Shown one piece after another: positions 10,622 to 22,685 of a DNA stretch of 64,000 nucleotides; the stretch's first letter is position 1, and each line of letters starts with the position of its first letter. This DNA is from Nitrospirota bacterium (GTDB lineage: Bacteria; Nitrospirota; UBA9217), in the NCBI GenBank assembly GCA_963845065.1, contig CAWJQQ010000001.1, positions 1 to 64,000 on the forward strand, in the 5' to 3' direction. The notes below the pieces were generated by a model, which saw nothing but the letters and a program-made list of their open reading frames with translations, did not search any database and was not told the DNA's origin. The translations under genes and the position numbers were made by a program.

Positions 10622-11212
10622 TGGAAGTTTTTTGTTTTGAGTGATTTGTTTTTAGTTAAACTGCTGAGCGTAGGCATACGCCAGGGAGCGGAGATTACTG
10701 CAATTTTGAATAATGAGTGTTGAGATCGATGGCCAACTGATTTGAAGCTCATAGCTCGTGGTTCACGACACAGGATAAAACATTTAAGTTCAAATCGCAG
10801 ATCAAAACTGTAAGTTTTGAATGAGATTTCCTGGTTAAAAAGCGTGACAAGGTTCATGTAATCGGCAAACGTGACTTCGAGCTAAAAAGCCTCAATATAA
10901 GCCAATCCAACTCCAAAAATGCAAAAACTACGAAAGCGTTTTTCTTCTACCGTCACAACTCGTCCCTCAATTCTTAAAGTCTTAAAGATAATAGTCGATG
11001 TATTAGGTGAATATTACCTTTACATATCGTTCCTTTCTTTTTATAATTCTGTTATATTAAAATTCAATATTATAATATTTGAATAAAAATTACGAAATTT
11101 GAATACTCTAAATATACCCTATCAAAAGGGTTTACTTTTATATTTTAAGCTGTTATAATAACTGCTTGAGCTAAAATAGATGTAAGCAAAAAGTACTAGG
11201 GAAAGGCATCAT

Positions 11213-13203
11213 ATGTTTTCAAAATTGAACCAATTTTCAAAACAAGCAATAGTTTTTTTTGTTGATGCCTTCCTTATCGTTTCATCGTTGTTCCTTTCTT
11301 ACTCACTCCGATTCAATACTCTAGACAATAGTGCCCATATACAAGAGATACTTGCTATCCTCCCAGTTATCCTTCTGATGCGTCTCGGCGTCTTTATAAC
11401 CATGGGTCTTTACCGCGGCATGTGGCGTTACACAAGCATGCACGACCTAGTAACCATTATCAAAGCCGTGACCCTTAGTTCAGGCCTTTCTATGGCTCTG
11501 TTGTTTTTGATGTATCGTCTTGCAGACTATCCACGATCGGTTTTTGTAATCGACTGGTTTGTTATATTGGTTTTGGTCGGCGGCAGTCGTTTTGCCTATC
11601 GACTATATCATGAGGGTTGGAACAAAAGAGACAGTGACACTAGGAACACGGCAAAGAACGTCCTTATTGTTGGTGCTGGTAGGGGAGGGGAAATGATCCT
11701 CCGCGAGATACTCAGTAACCCGCATCTCAATTATGCACCAATCGGATTCGTGGATGATGACCGGAAAAAACGAAATATGACCATCCATGGATATCGGGTA
11801 TTGGGAAATACGCGTGATATTCCGACTATTGTTGATGACTATAATGTCAAGGAAGTTTTTTTAGCGATTCCAACTGCATCGGGCGCTGCAAAACGAAGAA
11901 TCATGCTGACTTGCAAGAGCGCTGGAGTTAAATCAAAAACACTTCCTGGTGTGGGCGAACTCCTGAGAGGAACTGCAAAAGTGAGTTCTACTGCGGGAGT
12001 TCCAGATCGAGGACCTTCTGGGCAGAGAGCCGGCAAAACTTGATTCGGCCTTGATCAAAGAATATCTGCGAGATAAAACTGTCATGATCACCGGTGCGGG
12101 AGGGTCTATCGGCTCGGAACTTTGCCGCCAGGTGGCGCAATTTTCTCCAAAAAGGCTCATACTGTTCGAACGATCTGAATTCAATCTTTACCAGATCCAT
12201 ATGAATCTTCTAGAGATGTTTCCTGACTTAAAGATCAATGCGATAATCGGGGATCTCTTAAATCAGAATCGCGTTGAGCAGACCCTTGCCAAATTTATGC
12301 CCGAAGTAGTGTTCCACGCTGCTGCCTATAAGCATGTTCCGCTCATGGAAATGAACCCTATTGAAGCTTTGCAAAACAATATTCAGGGAACATCTATTAT
12401 CGCCCGTTGCGCACATGTTATACGGCGTGCGGAAATTCGTAATGGTATCGACGGACAAAGCGGTGCGACCTACAAACATAATGGGTGTGAGCAAGCGAAT
12501 TGCAGAACTCATTTGTCAATCGGTCGGGAATAATAGTAAAACCCAATTTGTTACCGTACGGTTCGGTAATGTCCTAAACAGCGTAGGGAGTGTAATCCCT
12601 CTTTTTAAACGACAGATAGAAAAGGGTGGTCCAATCACCGTGACCCATCCCGAAATCTACCGTTATTTCATGACTATCCCAGAATCTGTTCAACTCATTA
12701 TGCAGGCAGGCGCAATGGGAAAGGGTGGCGAGGTATTCATTCTTGACATGGGTGAGCCAGTCAAGATCGTGGATCTTGCTCGCGACATGATCTCCTTCTC
12801 CGGTCTTGAACCTGATAAGGACATTAAAATCGTGTATACCGGCCTAAGACCCGGTGAAAAACTGTATGAAGAACTTTTGACTGCAGGTGAAGAGATTAAG
12901 TCGACGCTCCACGAGAAAATCAAGGTTGCCGGCTCAGAAAGCATTGATTGGCCCCTAGTAATGAATAATGTAGAGACACTTTTAGAATCCTTGCAAGGAG
13001 GATTCTCCCGTGATGTTTTGCAGAAAATCAAAGATATTGTTCCAGAGTTTCAGCCGGAAAACGGCGGCCCCTCATCTCCTATGCAATCGTTTCGTAATTA
13101 CAGTTACGAAGTTTCACGTGTCAAGGAAGATCAATCGACTACTATTGCACCTATTGATAAACTTGACATTCGTCCTGATGATGCGATAGATCCAACTTTG
13201 TAA
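11213..13203 (+). pseudogene. CapD/WbpM/PglF-like nucleoside-diphosphate sugar dehydratase, split by two frameshifts (~11990, ~12420)
   Basis: N-terminal TM region, then IEDLLGREP, ITGAGGSIGSEL, HAAAYKHVP, STDKAVRP, VRFGNVL and GLRPGEKLYEEL spread over three frames. Confidence 0.9.
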
Positions 13204-13463
13204 AAACAGTTTTGAGCTCTTTGTTTTTAGATTTGAGATTTTATCACTTTATTCAAACCCTCCTTTCCTCCTATCAATGTAATTCGGCATCGACACCACC
13301 CAGTTGGCAAACGCCGATAAAAAAACAATTGCATTTGATAGCACCATTTGATATACTTCGCAAGTTAATATACCGAGTTAACTTATTGTTTTTTTTATAA
13401 AATAATAAATATATGTCAGCAAATCAGCCGAAGTAATATTTATGAGCTGTAAGTGAGGTTCTC

Positions 13464-15860
13464 TTGTCAGTAAAAAGAAAACTATGTATCGTTCTCGCCA
13501 TTGCAATGTGTTTCCTATTTTCAAGTATTTCTTCTGCGCAAGTACTCCCAGGCAATTTACAACAAATGATCGGTGCGACACAGTTGCAGCAGGCAGGGAC
13601 TGGTACCGTCGGCCAACAACCTCTGGGAGCAGACACTGTCCAAGAAATGCAGAAATTAGATCCCGACGCAGCACAGGCATTCTCCAATGCTATGCAGAAA
13701 GGCGATTTTGAAACGGCAAAAAAAATCTACGACGACTTTAAGGATAATTATAAGGACGTCTTAGGCCCCGACATGACGGGCATGGATCCCAAACTCGCAG
13801 ATGACATTAACCAATTGATTAAGAAAGGCGACTTCAATTCGGCACGAATTCTAATTGAAAAATTCAAGATTGCAAGGAAGAAAAAAACAGGATTAATTAC
13901 CCGGGCAGATCTGGAAGAAATTGAAGAGCCTTCGGTTTTTGAACGTACGCTCTCAGGAGATTTTCCAAATAACATACTGAATAAGGAAATAAAACAGTTC
14001 GGGTATGATCTTTTGCAGAATGAATCTTCTAAATTCGCTCAATCGTCCAACACGCCGGTTGGTCCCGACTATATCGTTGGCCCGGGAGATCAAATCACTC
14101 TGACGCTCTGGGGAACAACAGAGGGAATCTATAATCTTATAATCTCCAAAGAGGGACAAGTTACTTTACCGAAGGTAGGTGTCGTACCAATTGCGGGAAC
14201 GCGGTTTGGAGAGTTGGAAAATACCATACGGAAACATCTTTCCCAATATTATACGAACTTTAACCTTAGTGTCGCCATGGGCAAGCTCAAGACCATCACT
14301 TTGTATCTTGTCGGAGAAGTGACCAAGCCAGGCAGCTATTCGCTCAATTCGCTTACGTCGGTTTACGACGCGTTAGTCGCGGCTGGAGGCCCAACTAAAA
14401 AAGGGACGTTGCGTTCAATCCAGATACTCCGCGGCGGCAAGGTGATCCGGACTATAGATCTTTATGATTTTCTCCTAAAAGGTGTCCGCAATCAGGACAT
14501 CAATTTGCAACAAGAGGACACAATCTTTGTGCCTTTAATTGGCCCGATTGCCGGAGTTTCAGGCTCAGTTTATCGGCCAGCTATCTATGAATTAAAAGGA
14601 AATGAAAGTATTGAAGACGTTCTCCGACTTGCAGGCGGCGTAATGCCAATCGCCGCAGCCAACAGGCTTCAGGTGTATCGCTTCTCAGACAACGAGAAAA
14701 AACTTCTCATAGATATCAATATACCCTCTCAAACCGTCGATGGGGTAAGAAATGGCGATACGATGAACGAAAAGGTCCAGAACATGGATCTCCTTTCAGT
14801 CCGTCCCATCTACGATAAAGTATGGGAAACTGTCCATCTTGAGGGCGACGTACGTCATCCCGGCGATTATCAATGGAGGCAAAATCTGAAGCTGAAAGAC
14901 GTAATAAAGGAAGGACAACTCTTGCCTACTGCTGACATTAAAAAGGCTGAGATAATCCGTTTAACAGACGATTACCATGACCGACAGGTAATTCCAGTTA
15001 ACCTAACTTCAGCAATGAATGGAGATGTTGGGCAGGATATTGCACTGCAACCCAAGGACAGGATACGAATCTTTACTCTGTACCGCGATGTTGAAAAAGT
15101 CAAATTAACCGGAGAAGTCATGAGTCCAGGGGAATATGAAATCCAGAAAGAGGAGCGGTTAAGCGACCTCCTGCGCCGAGTCGGAGGATTTACCAACGAG
15201 GCCTACGCGTATGGTACTGTATTTAAACGTGTTGATGTGAAAAGTACGCAGGATAAGAATTTGCAACCTTTTATTGCCAAGATGCAGTCTCAGGCTTACT
15301 CGGTGGCTGCCAGTGCGGCAGCAAGTGCAGGCAGCCCGGAAGCTGAAGCTGCCGCAAAGGCGCAACTGACCATCAGCCAGAGCATGATTGAAAATCTGAA
15401 GACCATGCAGCAGCAATCCGAAGGGAGAGTGTCGATCAATATAACTAATGACATTGACCAGTGGGCCGGTTCCAAGGATGATCTTCTCCTCAAGAACGGA
15501 GACACTATATTCATTCCCAAAAAACCTCAGGAAGTGCTGGTCATGGGAGAGGTCCATAGCCCCAGCGCACAAGTGTTCATCAACGGGTACAAAGTGAAAG
15601 ACTATATCAACCTGACCGGCGGCTATACCGATGGCGCGGCAAAAGACCAAGTATACGTACTGCAGGCGAATGGCTTTGCGTATAGTAGCGAAACGCCAAG
15701 AGTTGATAATATTGAAAACGCAAAATTGAGCCCTGGGGATACAATTTTTGTACCTCAGAAGGCTGAACGGAACGTAGGCTGGCGGTATTTTAGAGATATT
15801 ATGGATGTCCTGTTCAAAACAGCTGTTGTGGTAGCGACTTTGGCGGTGTTGCATTTATAA
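13464..15860 (+). CDS. SLBB-domain polysaccharide export protein (Wza/KpsD-like)
   Basis: Signal peptide, DYIVGPGD, repeated GEVxxPG SLBB units. Confidence 0.85.
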   Translation: MSVKRKLCIVLAIAMCFLFSSISSAQVLPGNLQQMIGATQLQQAGTGTVGQQPLGADTVQEMQKLDPDAAQAFSNAMQKGDFETAKKIYDDFKDNYKDVLGPDMTGMDPKLADDINQLIKKGDFNSARILIEKFKIARKKKTGLITRADLEEIEEPSVFERTLSGDFPNNILNKEIKQFGYDLLQNESSKFAQSSNTPVGPDYIVGPGDQITLTLWGTTEGIYNLIISKEGQVTLPKVGVVPIAGTRFGELENTIRKHLSQYYTNFNLSVAMGKLKTITLYLVGEVTKPGSYSLNSLTSVYDALVAAGGPTKKGTLRSIQILRGGKVIRTIDLYDFLLKGVRNQDINLQQEDTIFVPLIGPIAGVSGSVYRPAIYELKGNESIEDVLRLAGGVMPIAAANRLQVYRFSDNEKKLLIDINIPSQTVDGVRNGDTMNEKVQNMDLLSVRPIYDKVWETVHLEGDVRHPGDYQWRQNLKLKDVIKEGQLLPTADIKKAEIIRLTDDYHDRQVIPVNLTSAMNGDVGQDIALQPKDRIRIFTLYRDVEKVKLTGEVMSPGEYEIQKEERLSDLLRRVGGFTNEAYAYGTVFKRVDVKSTQDKNLQPFIAKMQSQAYSVAASAAASAGSPEAEAAAKAQLTISQSMIENLKTMQQQSEGRVSINITNDIDQWAGSKDDLLLKNGDTIFIPKKPQEVLVMGEVHSPSAQVFINGYKVKDYINLTGGYTDGAAKDQVYVLQANGFAYSSETPRVDNIENAKLSPGDTIFVPQKAERNVGWRYFRDIMDVLFKTAVVVATLAVLHL

Positions 15861-16329
15861 CAAATAATGCGTTTAACAATGAGCGTCATGCTTCATGAAA
15901 ATAAAAAACTATGGCAAAAGTCAGATTCTAGGCTGTTGAGATGCTGCAAGAGGCCGTAGATATGGAATATTTACTTTGTGATATAGAAGACAATATAGAG
16001 GGAAGAAAGTTATGGTTAGATTTGCATAACAAATCCGGTATGGGTCTGTCTATGTCAATAAGATCACTGAAGGGCGTGAAGTAGTTACAAAACCAATTTC
16101 AGGAATTTTTAAATAGAGCGAAACCTAGTATTTTGAAAATGCAAATATTTTCATCGTTTTTGAAAAGAAATTTAATCAATTGATATTGAGTTGAATACTT
16201 TACAAGAGAGATCAGATGTATTTTTTCGTAAAATAACCAGCTTTCAAAAATCATAACAAATAAAAAAACCGTACAGAGCATTATGCAGTTTTTACTTCTA
16301 TGCTCTATGGAAGGAATAAACATCTAAAC

Positions 16330-17057
16330 ATGGAAGAACTTCATGAAGAAGAAATAAACCTCCTCGAGTACTGGAATGTAATCTGGCGCAGAAAATATTT
16401 ATTGATTGCGTTATTTATCGTCTCTGTAACCACCACCATGTTTTATAGCTTTCAACTTACCTAAATTTTATAAGTCCGAGACCCTGATAATGACTACCGG
16501 TTCTGAATCTGGTGGGCTTGGCGCTGCATTGTCTGCACTACCTTTTGCCGGTGCATTAGGAGGCATTAGCGGCGTACAGACTCCGGCAGACAAGATCATG
16601 GTGATCCTGAAAAGCCGCACTATTGCAGAAGCTGTCATAAAAAAATTTGATCTGATGAAATTATTTTATGACAAAGATTGGGATTTTGCAAAGGGCACAT
16701 GGAAGAATCCGGATAAACATCCTCTTGTCGAAGATGCAGTCAAACTGTTGACAACAGATATCGCTAAATTTAACAAGAGCAAGGAAGGGGCTATTACGGT
16801 CAGCGTTGAATGGAAGGACCCTATACTTGCAGCCGATATTGCAAATTATTATGTTACTGCTCTTACAGAGGTTCTGAATGAAAAGGCGATAAACGTTACT
16901 ATCCAAGTTGTTGACAAAGCAATTCCCGCTGAAAGAAAGTCCTAGGCCGAAAATCGGTTAGAATATGATACTTGCCGGCGTCACGAGCATGTTTATTGGT
17001 GTGTTTATAGCATTTTTCCTTGAATACTTATCAAAACAAAAAAAACAGCATGTATAG
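16330..17057 (+). pseudogene. wzz: Wzz-like chain-length determinant, disrupted by two frameshifts and a TAG at 16959
   Basis: EEINLLEYWNVIWRRK start, ILKSRTIA, VVDKAIPAERKS-RPK, C-terminal TM helix in a shifted frame. Confidence 0.8.
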
Positions 17058-17067
17058 AGCGTAGGGC

Positions 17068-17302
17068 ATGGAGCAGGGAACAAATATACATGAGGGATCT
17101 CTTTTTACCATGTTCACTGAGCCACCCCATAAGCCCGCAACCCAGTACCCACTGCTTTTTGCCTTTTCAACCAGCTGCCTTTTACTCTTTGCTCTCTGCT
17201 TATGTTTTGTTCAAAACACTTTTGCTGAAGATATCGAAGTAGTCAATCACCCTGTCAATTTATCAGGTCTAACCGGTCTTCTATTTACCACTGCGCCTTA
17301 TA
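17068..17302 (+). pseudogene. Exported protein (possibly YjbH-like), truncated by IS insertion
   Basis: Hydrophobic signal segment, then SGLTGLLFTTAPYT, then the IS left end. Confidence 0.45.
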
Positions 17303-19253
17303 CCCATCTTCTACAGTTGCCGCCGAGAAAAGGACTGTTTGCGCGAGTGGAGTTGTTTAATTTCACAGGGTTACAAAAAACGTTTTTGGAAAACAGGTCA
17401 AAATGTAGTGCCACGTTAATATAAAAATAACTTGCAATTAATAATTATTATGATATATTTGTGGTGCTATGTTCTTCAGGGTAAAACGCTCCGAATCACG
17501 AGAATACCTTCAGATCGTTCATAACCGCCGCGACCAAGGCAAGGTGAAGCAGGAAGTCATCGCCACGCTTGGACGGCTCGATGCGCTCAAGGAAACAGGA
17601 GCATTTGATAGCTTGCTGCGGTCTGGGCTCAAGTTTTCCGACCAGATCGCGGTCATCGACGCACATAAACAGGGAGAAGCGATTGAAACGGATTCCAGGC
17701 GCATCGGCCTGCCGATGATATTCGGCCGGTTATGGAAAGAGCTGGGAATACAGAAAGTGCTTGAGGCATCAGCCAGGGAGCGCAAACATCAATTTTCCAT
17801 CGAGCGGGCGATTTATCTTACGGTGCTGCACCGTTTGAGCGTATCGGGTTCAGATCGTGCCGCTGAACAATGGTGCCTTGGCTACCGGATAGAAGGAACC
17901 GCTGGAATCGATTTGCACCATTTATACCGGGCCATGGCATGGCTCGGCGAACCCCTTTCCAATGCTGATCAGGAAGGGGCCACCGGATTTTCTCCCCGTT
18001 GCACCAAGGATGTGATCGAAGAAGAGCTATTCCGACGCAGGCGAGATTTATTCGCCGATCTACGGCTGGTCTTTTTCGACACCACGAGCATTTACTTTGA
18101 AGGAGAGGGCGGCGAGGATATAGGCGCATACGGTCATTCCAAGGACCACCGGCCCGATCTCAAGCAGATGGTGGTCGGCGCAATCATCGATCATCACGGG
18201 AAACCTCTTTGTTGCGAGTTGTGGCCCGGAAACACAACCGATGTCAAGACGCTCGTGCCGATCATAGACCGGCTGAGGCTCCGCTTCGGCATCAATCAGG
18301 CGTGCATAGTGGCAGACCGGGGAATGATCAGCGAAAAGACCCTGTCCGACTTGCATGAGCGAAAGATCGATTACATTCTGGGAGCGAGGATGCGGCGGCA
18401 GAAGGAAGTGAGTGAAGAGGTTTTGAGCCGCGGAGGGAAATACGAAGAGGTCTATCCTAAAAGCAAGGAGAGTAAAGCCCCATCCCCGCTCAAAGTGAAG
18501 AACGTCATGGTAGGCGAACGCCGCTATATCGTGTGCGTTAACGAAGACCAGCGGAAGAAAGATGCCGCCGATAGAGAAGCCATCATCGCATCTCTTCGGG
18601 AGAAACTGAAGCAGGGAGGCAAGAGCCTGGTTGGCAACAAAGGGTATCGTAAATATGTGAAGAGCTTCAGCAGTGCCTTTGTCATCGATGAAGAAAAAGT
18701 TCAACAGGAAGCACGGTATGACGGTAAGTGGGTCCTCACGACATCAATGCCCATGCCTGCGCGCGAGGTTGCGCTCGCGTACAAAGAGTTGTGGATGGTG
18801 GAGCAGATCTTCAGGAGCACCAAAACGGTGCTGACGACGCGCCCGATTTATCATAAATGCGACGAGACGATTCGGGGCCATGTCTTCTGTAGTTTTCTTG
18901 CGCTTGTCCTTATGAAGGAATTACAGGAGCGATTGGATAGCCGCAATGAGCAGAAGCTTGAGTGGGGCGAAATGCTCCGGGACCTAGAGGAACTGAAGCA
19001 GATCACGATTACAAGCGACGGCAAGGAAGTTATTTTAAGGACCGAATTAAAAGGCGATACGGGAAAGGTGTTTCAGGCTGCAGGAGTGGCGATTCCGCCA
19101 AAGGTCGTGATACCACAAAAGGTAAATGGTGCTGAAATCTCGTCATCATAATCGAGTTGGAATAATATGGCAGGGTGTGGTGCCACGCTACTTTTCGATG
19201 CCCTTATCATGTTGTTTTAGCGAAGTTATTTTTTGGCAGGTGTAGAAGATGGG
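17303..19253 (+). mobile_element. IS1634-family insertion sequence
   Basis: Terminal inverted repeats CCCATCTTCTACAGTTGCC / GGCAGGTGTAGAAGATGGG; subterminal TGTRGTGCCACG repeats at ~17404 and ~19175. Confidence 0.85.
17469..19151 (+). CDS. IS1634-family DDE transposase
   Basis: FFDTTSIYFEG, GHSKDHRPDLKQ, VADRGM, YKELWMVEQIFR, IRGHVFCSFLAL. Confidence 0.92.
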   Translation: MFFRVKRSESREYLQIVHNRRDQGKVKQEVIATLGRLDALKETGAFDSLLRSGLKFSDQIAVIDAHKQGEAIETDSRRIGLPMIFGRLWKELGIQKVLEASARERKHQFSIERAIYLTVLHRLSVSGSDRAAEQWCLGYRIEGTAGIDLHHLYRAMAWLGEPLSNADQEGATGFSPRCTKDVIEEELFRRRRDLFADLRLVFFDTTSIYFEGEGGEDIGAYGHSKDHRPDLKQMVVGAIIDHHGKPLCCELWPGNTTDVKTLVPIIDRLRLRFGINQACIVADRGMISEKTLSDLHERKIDYILGARMRRQKEVSEEVLSRGGKYEEVYPKSKESKAPSPLKVKNVMVGERRYIVCVNEDQRKKDAADREAIIASLREKLKQGGKSLVGNKGYRKYVKSFSSAFVIDEEKVQQEARYDGKWVLTTSMPMPAREVALAYKELWMVEQIFRSTKTVLTTRPIYHKCDETIRGHVFCSFLALVLMKELQERLDSRNEQKLEWGEMLRDLEELKQITITSDGKEVILRTELKGDTGKVFQAAGVAIPPKVVIPQKVNGAEISSS

Positions 19254-19612
19254 TATGATTATTCAGCTATTATGTGACTAGGATTATCCCGTGACTCTTA
19301 TAATATTAAAAAAATTATTTGCCGAAAGGCGATAATCCCGCAGCTCCCCTCACGACCCGATGGTTAGAAAAGATTAGCCCATCAAATTACTGGCATTCCC
19401 ACGTAATTAATCAACAAGAAAAAATCCGTTATCGGCGCGCAGCCTATCGACGTATTTCGGAAGGTTTTCCGCTCCGCATAATTCTGGCTGGCGATGCCGT
19501 CCACTTCCGGAAACCCTTTGGAGGGCACTTTTTTAGGCCAGCGTGCCCCAAAATAAGTCCCCTTCTTTCGTTTTTTTAGGTACAATTAGACAAAAACCTG
19601 TCCGGAGGCGCC

Positions 19613-22090
19613 ATGGTCTACAATCATAACATACCCAGCACGTTCCATTACGACAAGCTAGGCAACGATCGGCAGTCCCTCAAACGCTCACTGTCAAACA
19701 GACTCATTTACTCCATCGGTAAGGATCCCATTACCGCGACTTACCGCGACTGGTTCCATACCACGGCTTACGCAGTCCGAGAGCGGCTGATTGAGCGCTG
19801 GATGGAAACCATGCGCAGTTACTATGAAGCCGATGCCAAGAGGGTTTATTACCTGTCCATGGAATTTTTGACCGGCCGACTGCTGGCGAACAGCCTGCTA
19901 AACATGGGGTTCTACGAGGAATGCCGTGAAGCATTGTCCGATCTCGAGCTGGACCTCGAACGGATTCGCTCACTCGAGGTGGATGCGGCACTCGGCAACG
20001 GAGGGCTGGGCAGGCTGGCGGCCTGTTTTCTCGACTCCATGGCCACGCTACGGCTGCCGGGTTACGGCTACGGCATTCGATACGAGTACGGTATGTTTAA
20101 CCAAGACATCGAGGATGGATGGCAGGTGGAGCACCCCGATAACTGGCTACGATATGGCAATCCCTGGGAATTTCCCCGGCCCGAGGTGCTGTTTCCAGTA
20201 AAATTCGGCGGACGAGTGGTGCAGTTTAATGACGACCAGGGCCACGCGCGGTTTCACTGGGTAGAGACCGAGGACGTGATGGCCATGGCCTATGACACAC
20301 CTGTTCCTGGCTACAATACCAGTACGGTGAACAATATACGGCTCTGGGCAGCCAAGGCATCGCGCGATTTCAACCTCAAGTACTTCAACGAGGGAAACTA
20401 CATCAAGGCGGTGCAGGAGAAGAACGAGTCAGAAAACCTGTCCAAAGTGCTCTATCCAGATGATACCACGCAAATGGGCCGCGAACTGCGGCTCAAGCAA
20501 CAGTATTTCTTCGTCTGCGCTTCGCTCCAGGACATTCTCCTCCGATTCACCAAGTATCACACGAATCTGGAGGAATTGCCGGACAAGGTGGCGATCCAAC
20601 TGAACGATACGCACCCTTCGATCGCTATACCGGAGCTCATGCGTGTCCTCCTCGACGTACATCATCTGGAATGGGACCGCGCTTGGGACATCGTGCGCAG
20701 AACTTTCTCCTATACCAACCATACGCTTATGCCAGAAGCGCTTGAAACGTGGCCGGTTAGCCTGTTCGAGGCGATCTTGCCGCGGCACTTGCAGATCATT
20801 TATGATATCAACTATCGGTTCCTCGAGGACGTGCGGCACAGATTTCCCGGAGACGTTGGCCTTCTCAGGCGGATGTCGATCGTGGACGAGGACGCCGGGC
20901 GCAGGCTGCGCATGGCCCACCTTGCCATTGCTGGAAGCCACTGCGTGAACGGGGTCTCGCAGATCCATACGGATCTCATGAAGCAGACGATCTTCAAGGA
21001 TTTTGACCGGTTTTCTCCCGGGAAGATCATCAATATCACGAATGGAGTGACGCCGCGGCGATGGCTCAACCAGGCAAACCCCGGCCTGTCTGCCCTCATT
21101 TCCATGTCCATCGGCACCGACTGGCACCGTGACCTTCAGGAGCTCAAAAAACTTGCTCCGCTTGCCGCCGAGGCCCAGTTTCGGCAGCAATTCCGTCAGG
21201 TGAAGCGGGCAAACAAAGAGCGCCTTGCTGAAATCATTATGATGAGACTCAAGATCAAGGTCGATCCCGACTCGATGTTCGACGTTCAGATCAAGCGCAT
21301 TCACGAATACAAGCGGCAACTCCTGAACGTGCTCCAAGTTATCACACGCTATAACCGCATCCGAGAAGGTGTTGTCGTTGACGCCGTGCCCCGCACCGTG
21401 ATTTTCAGCGGGAAGGCCGCGCCAGGGTATACCATGGCCAAGCTCATCATCAAGCTGATCCATAGCGTCAGCGATGTCGTGAACCACGACCCTGCTGCCG
21501 GAAATCTCCTGAAAATCGTCTTTATTCCGGACTACAACGTCTCGAATGCTGGGAAGATCATTCCTGCTTGCGACCTGTCCGAACAGATTTCAACCGCTGG
21601 AACTGAGGCCTCGGGTACGGGCAACATGAAGCTTGCTCTGAATGGAGCATTGACCATCGGAACACTCGATGGAGCGAATATCGAGATCAAGGGAGAGGTG
21701 GGGGACGACAACATTTTCATATTCGGTATGACCGCCGCTGAAGCGGCCGCAATACGGGCAAAGGGATATGCACCGCGTGACATCTATTCTGTGAACGCGG
21801 AGCTGAAGCATGCGCTCGATATGATTGCCGGTGGGTATTTCTCACCCGATGCACCGGGCCGGTTCCTGCCCATCTTCGACGCGCTCACCAGCAGCGATCA
21901 TTTTCTGCTGCTCGCGGATTATGCTTCTTACATCGCATGCCAGGACAGGGTGGACGCGCTTTACCGCAACTCCGAGGAGTGGTCCAAACGGGCCATCCTG
22001 AACGTTGCGGGCATGGGTCGCTTCTCGAGCGACCACGCCATTATGGAATATGCCGAGAATGTGTGGAAGGTGCGGGCGGTGTCGCATTGA
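19613..22090 (+). CDS. glgP: Glycogen/starch/alpha-glucan phosphorylase
   Basis: LGNGGLGRLAACF, QLNDTHP, KRIHEYKRQ, EASGTGNMK (PLP lysine). Confidence 0.97.
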   Translation: MVYNHNIPSTFHYDKLGNDRQSLKRSLSNRLIYSIGKDPITATYRDWFHTTAYAVRERLIERWMETMRSYYEADAKRVYYLSMEFLTGRLLANSLLNMGFYEECREALSDLELDLERIRSLEVDAALGNGGLGRLAACFLDSMATLRLPGYGYGIRYEYGMFNQDIEDGWQVEHPDNWLRYGNPWEFPRPEVLFPVKFGGRVVQFNDDQGHARFHWVETEDVMAMAYDTPVPGYNTSTVNNIRLWAAKASRDFNLKYFNEGNYIKAVQEKNESENLSKVLYPDDTTQMGRELRLKQQYFFVCASLQDILLRFTKYHTNLEELPDKVAIQLNDTHPSIAIPELMRVLLDVHHLEWDRAWDIVRRTFSYTNHTLMPEALETWPVSLFEAILPRHLQIIYDINYRFLEDVRHRFPGDVGLLRRMSIVDEDAGRRLRMAHLAIAGSHCVNGVSQIHTDLMKQTIFKDFDRFSPGKIINITNGVTPRRWLNQANPGLSALISMSIGTDWHRDLQELKKLAPLAAEAQFRQQFRQVKRANKERLAEIIMMRLKIKVDPDSMFDVQIKRIHEYKRQLLNVLQVITRYNRIREGVVVDAVPRTVIFSGKAAPGYTMAKLIIKLIHSVSDVVNHDPAAGNLLKIVFIPDYNVSNAGKIIPACDLSEQISTAGTEASGTGNMKLALNGALTIGTLDGANIEIKGEVGDDNIFIFGMTAAEAAAIRAKGYAPRDIYSVNAELKHALDMIAGGYFSPDAPGRFLPIFDALTSSDHFLLLADYASYIACQDRVDALYRNSEEWSKRAILNVAGMGRFSSDHAIMEYAENVWKVRAVSH

Positions 22091-22136
22091 TCACGGGGGG
22101 CATGGATTTTCCGGCTGACGCCGAAGGCTACCAAAA

Positions 22137-22685
22137 TCACTCGTCACGAGTGACCACGAAAGAGTGCCTTCTCATTTTGCTGAAAGCTTTGGCTATACTA
22201 ACTTTTTTCCCTTTGCCTTGTTCTACACGTATAAGCATACGACTGCTGTCAATATCTGTTATTTTGAGATGTGCGGTCTCGCTCACCCGAAGTCCGGCAG
22301 CATAGGTTACGATCCGCATCGCGCGCTGCTTCAGACCGCCGGCAGACATCAGCAGGTTTTCAACTTCGGTCCGTTCGAGAACAACGGGAAGTTTTCTGGT
22401 CGACTTTGGATAAGGTATTTTATCCATTACCCATCTTTTTTTGAGCGTTGTCTCATAGAGAAACCGCAATGCAGCATAGGTGGCTTTTAAAGTGGATTGG
22501 GATCGTTTCTTGGTCTCGACGATGGAGAGTAGGAACGACTTGACGTCCTTCTCTCCAAGACGGTCGGGCGGCTTGTTGAAATGCAGCTCTAAATCACGCG
22601 CCGCCCTGTGATACAATTCTTGCGTGTGCGGGCTGAAGTTACAAAGTACCATGTCACCTTGCATCTGTTCTTTGAACGTTTCCAT
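22137..22685 (-). pseudogene. Tyrosine recombinase (SAM-like N-terminal domain plus partial catalytic domain), C-terminally truncated
   Basis: NFSPHTQELY, ALRFLY, KLPVVL, YAAGLRVSE, RVEQGKGKK; HxxR and catalytic Tyr are missing after ~22200. Confidence 0.85.

Noticed and set aside
20429..21487. Long antisense ORFs (also 46986-48053, 15159-15854, 18060-18704, 43613-44194, 57314-58069)
   Set aside because: Shadow frames of well-supported genes on the opposite strand; no recognisable motifs.
22137..22685. Calling the recombinase an integron integrase (intI)
   Set aside because: The region that would carry the IntI-specific insertion is missing, and cassette orientation relative to the gene is opposite to classical integrons.
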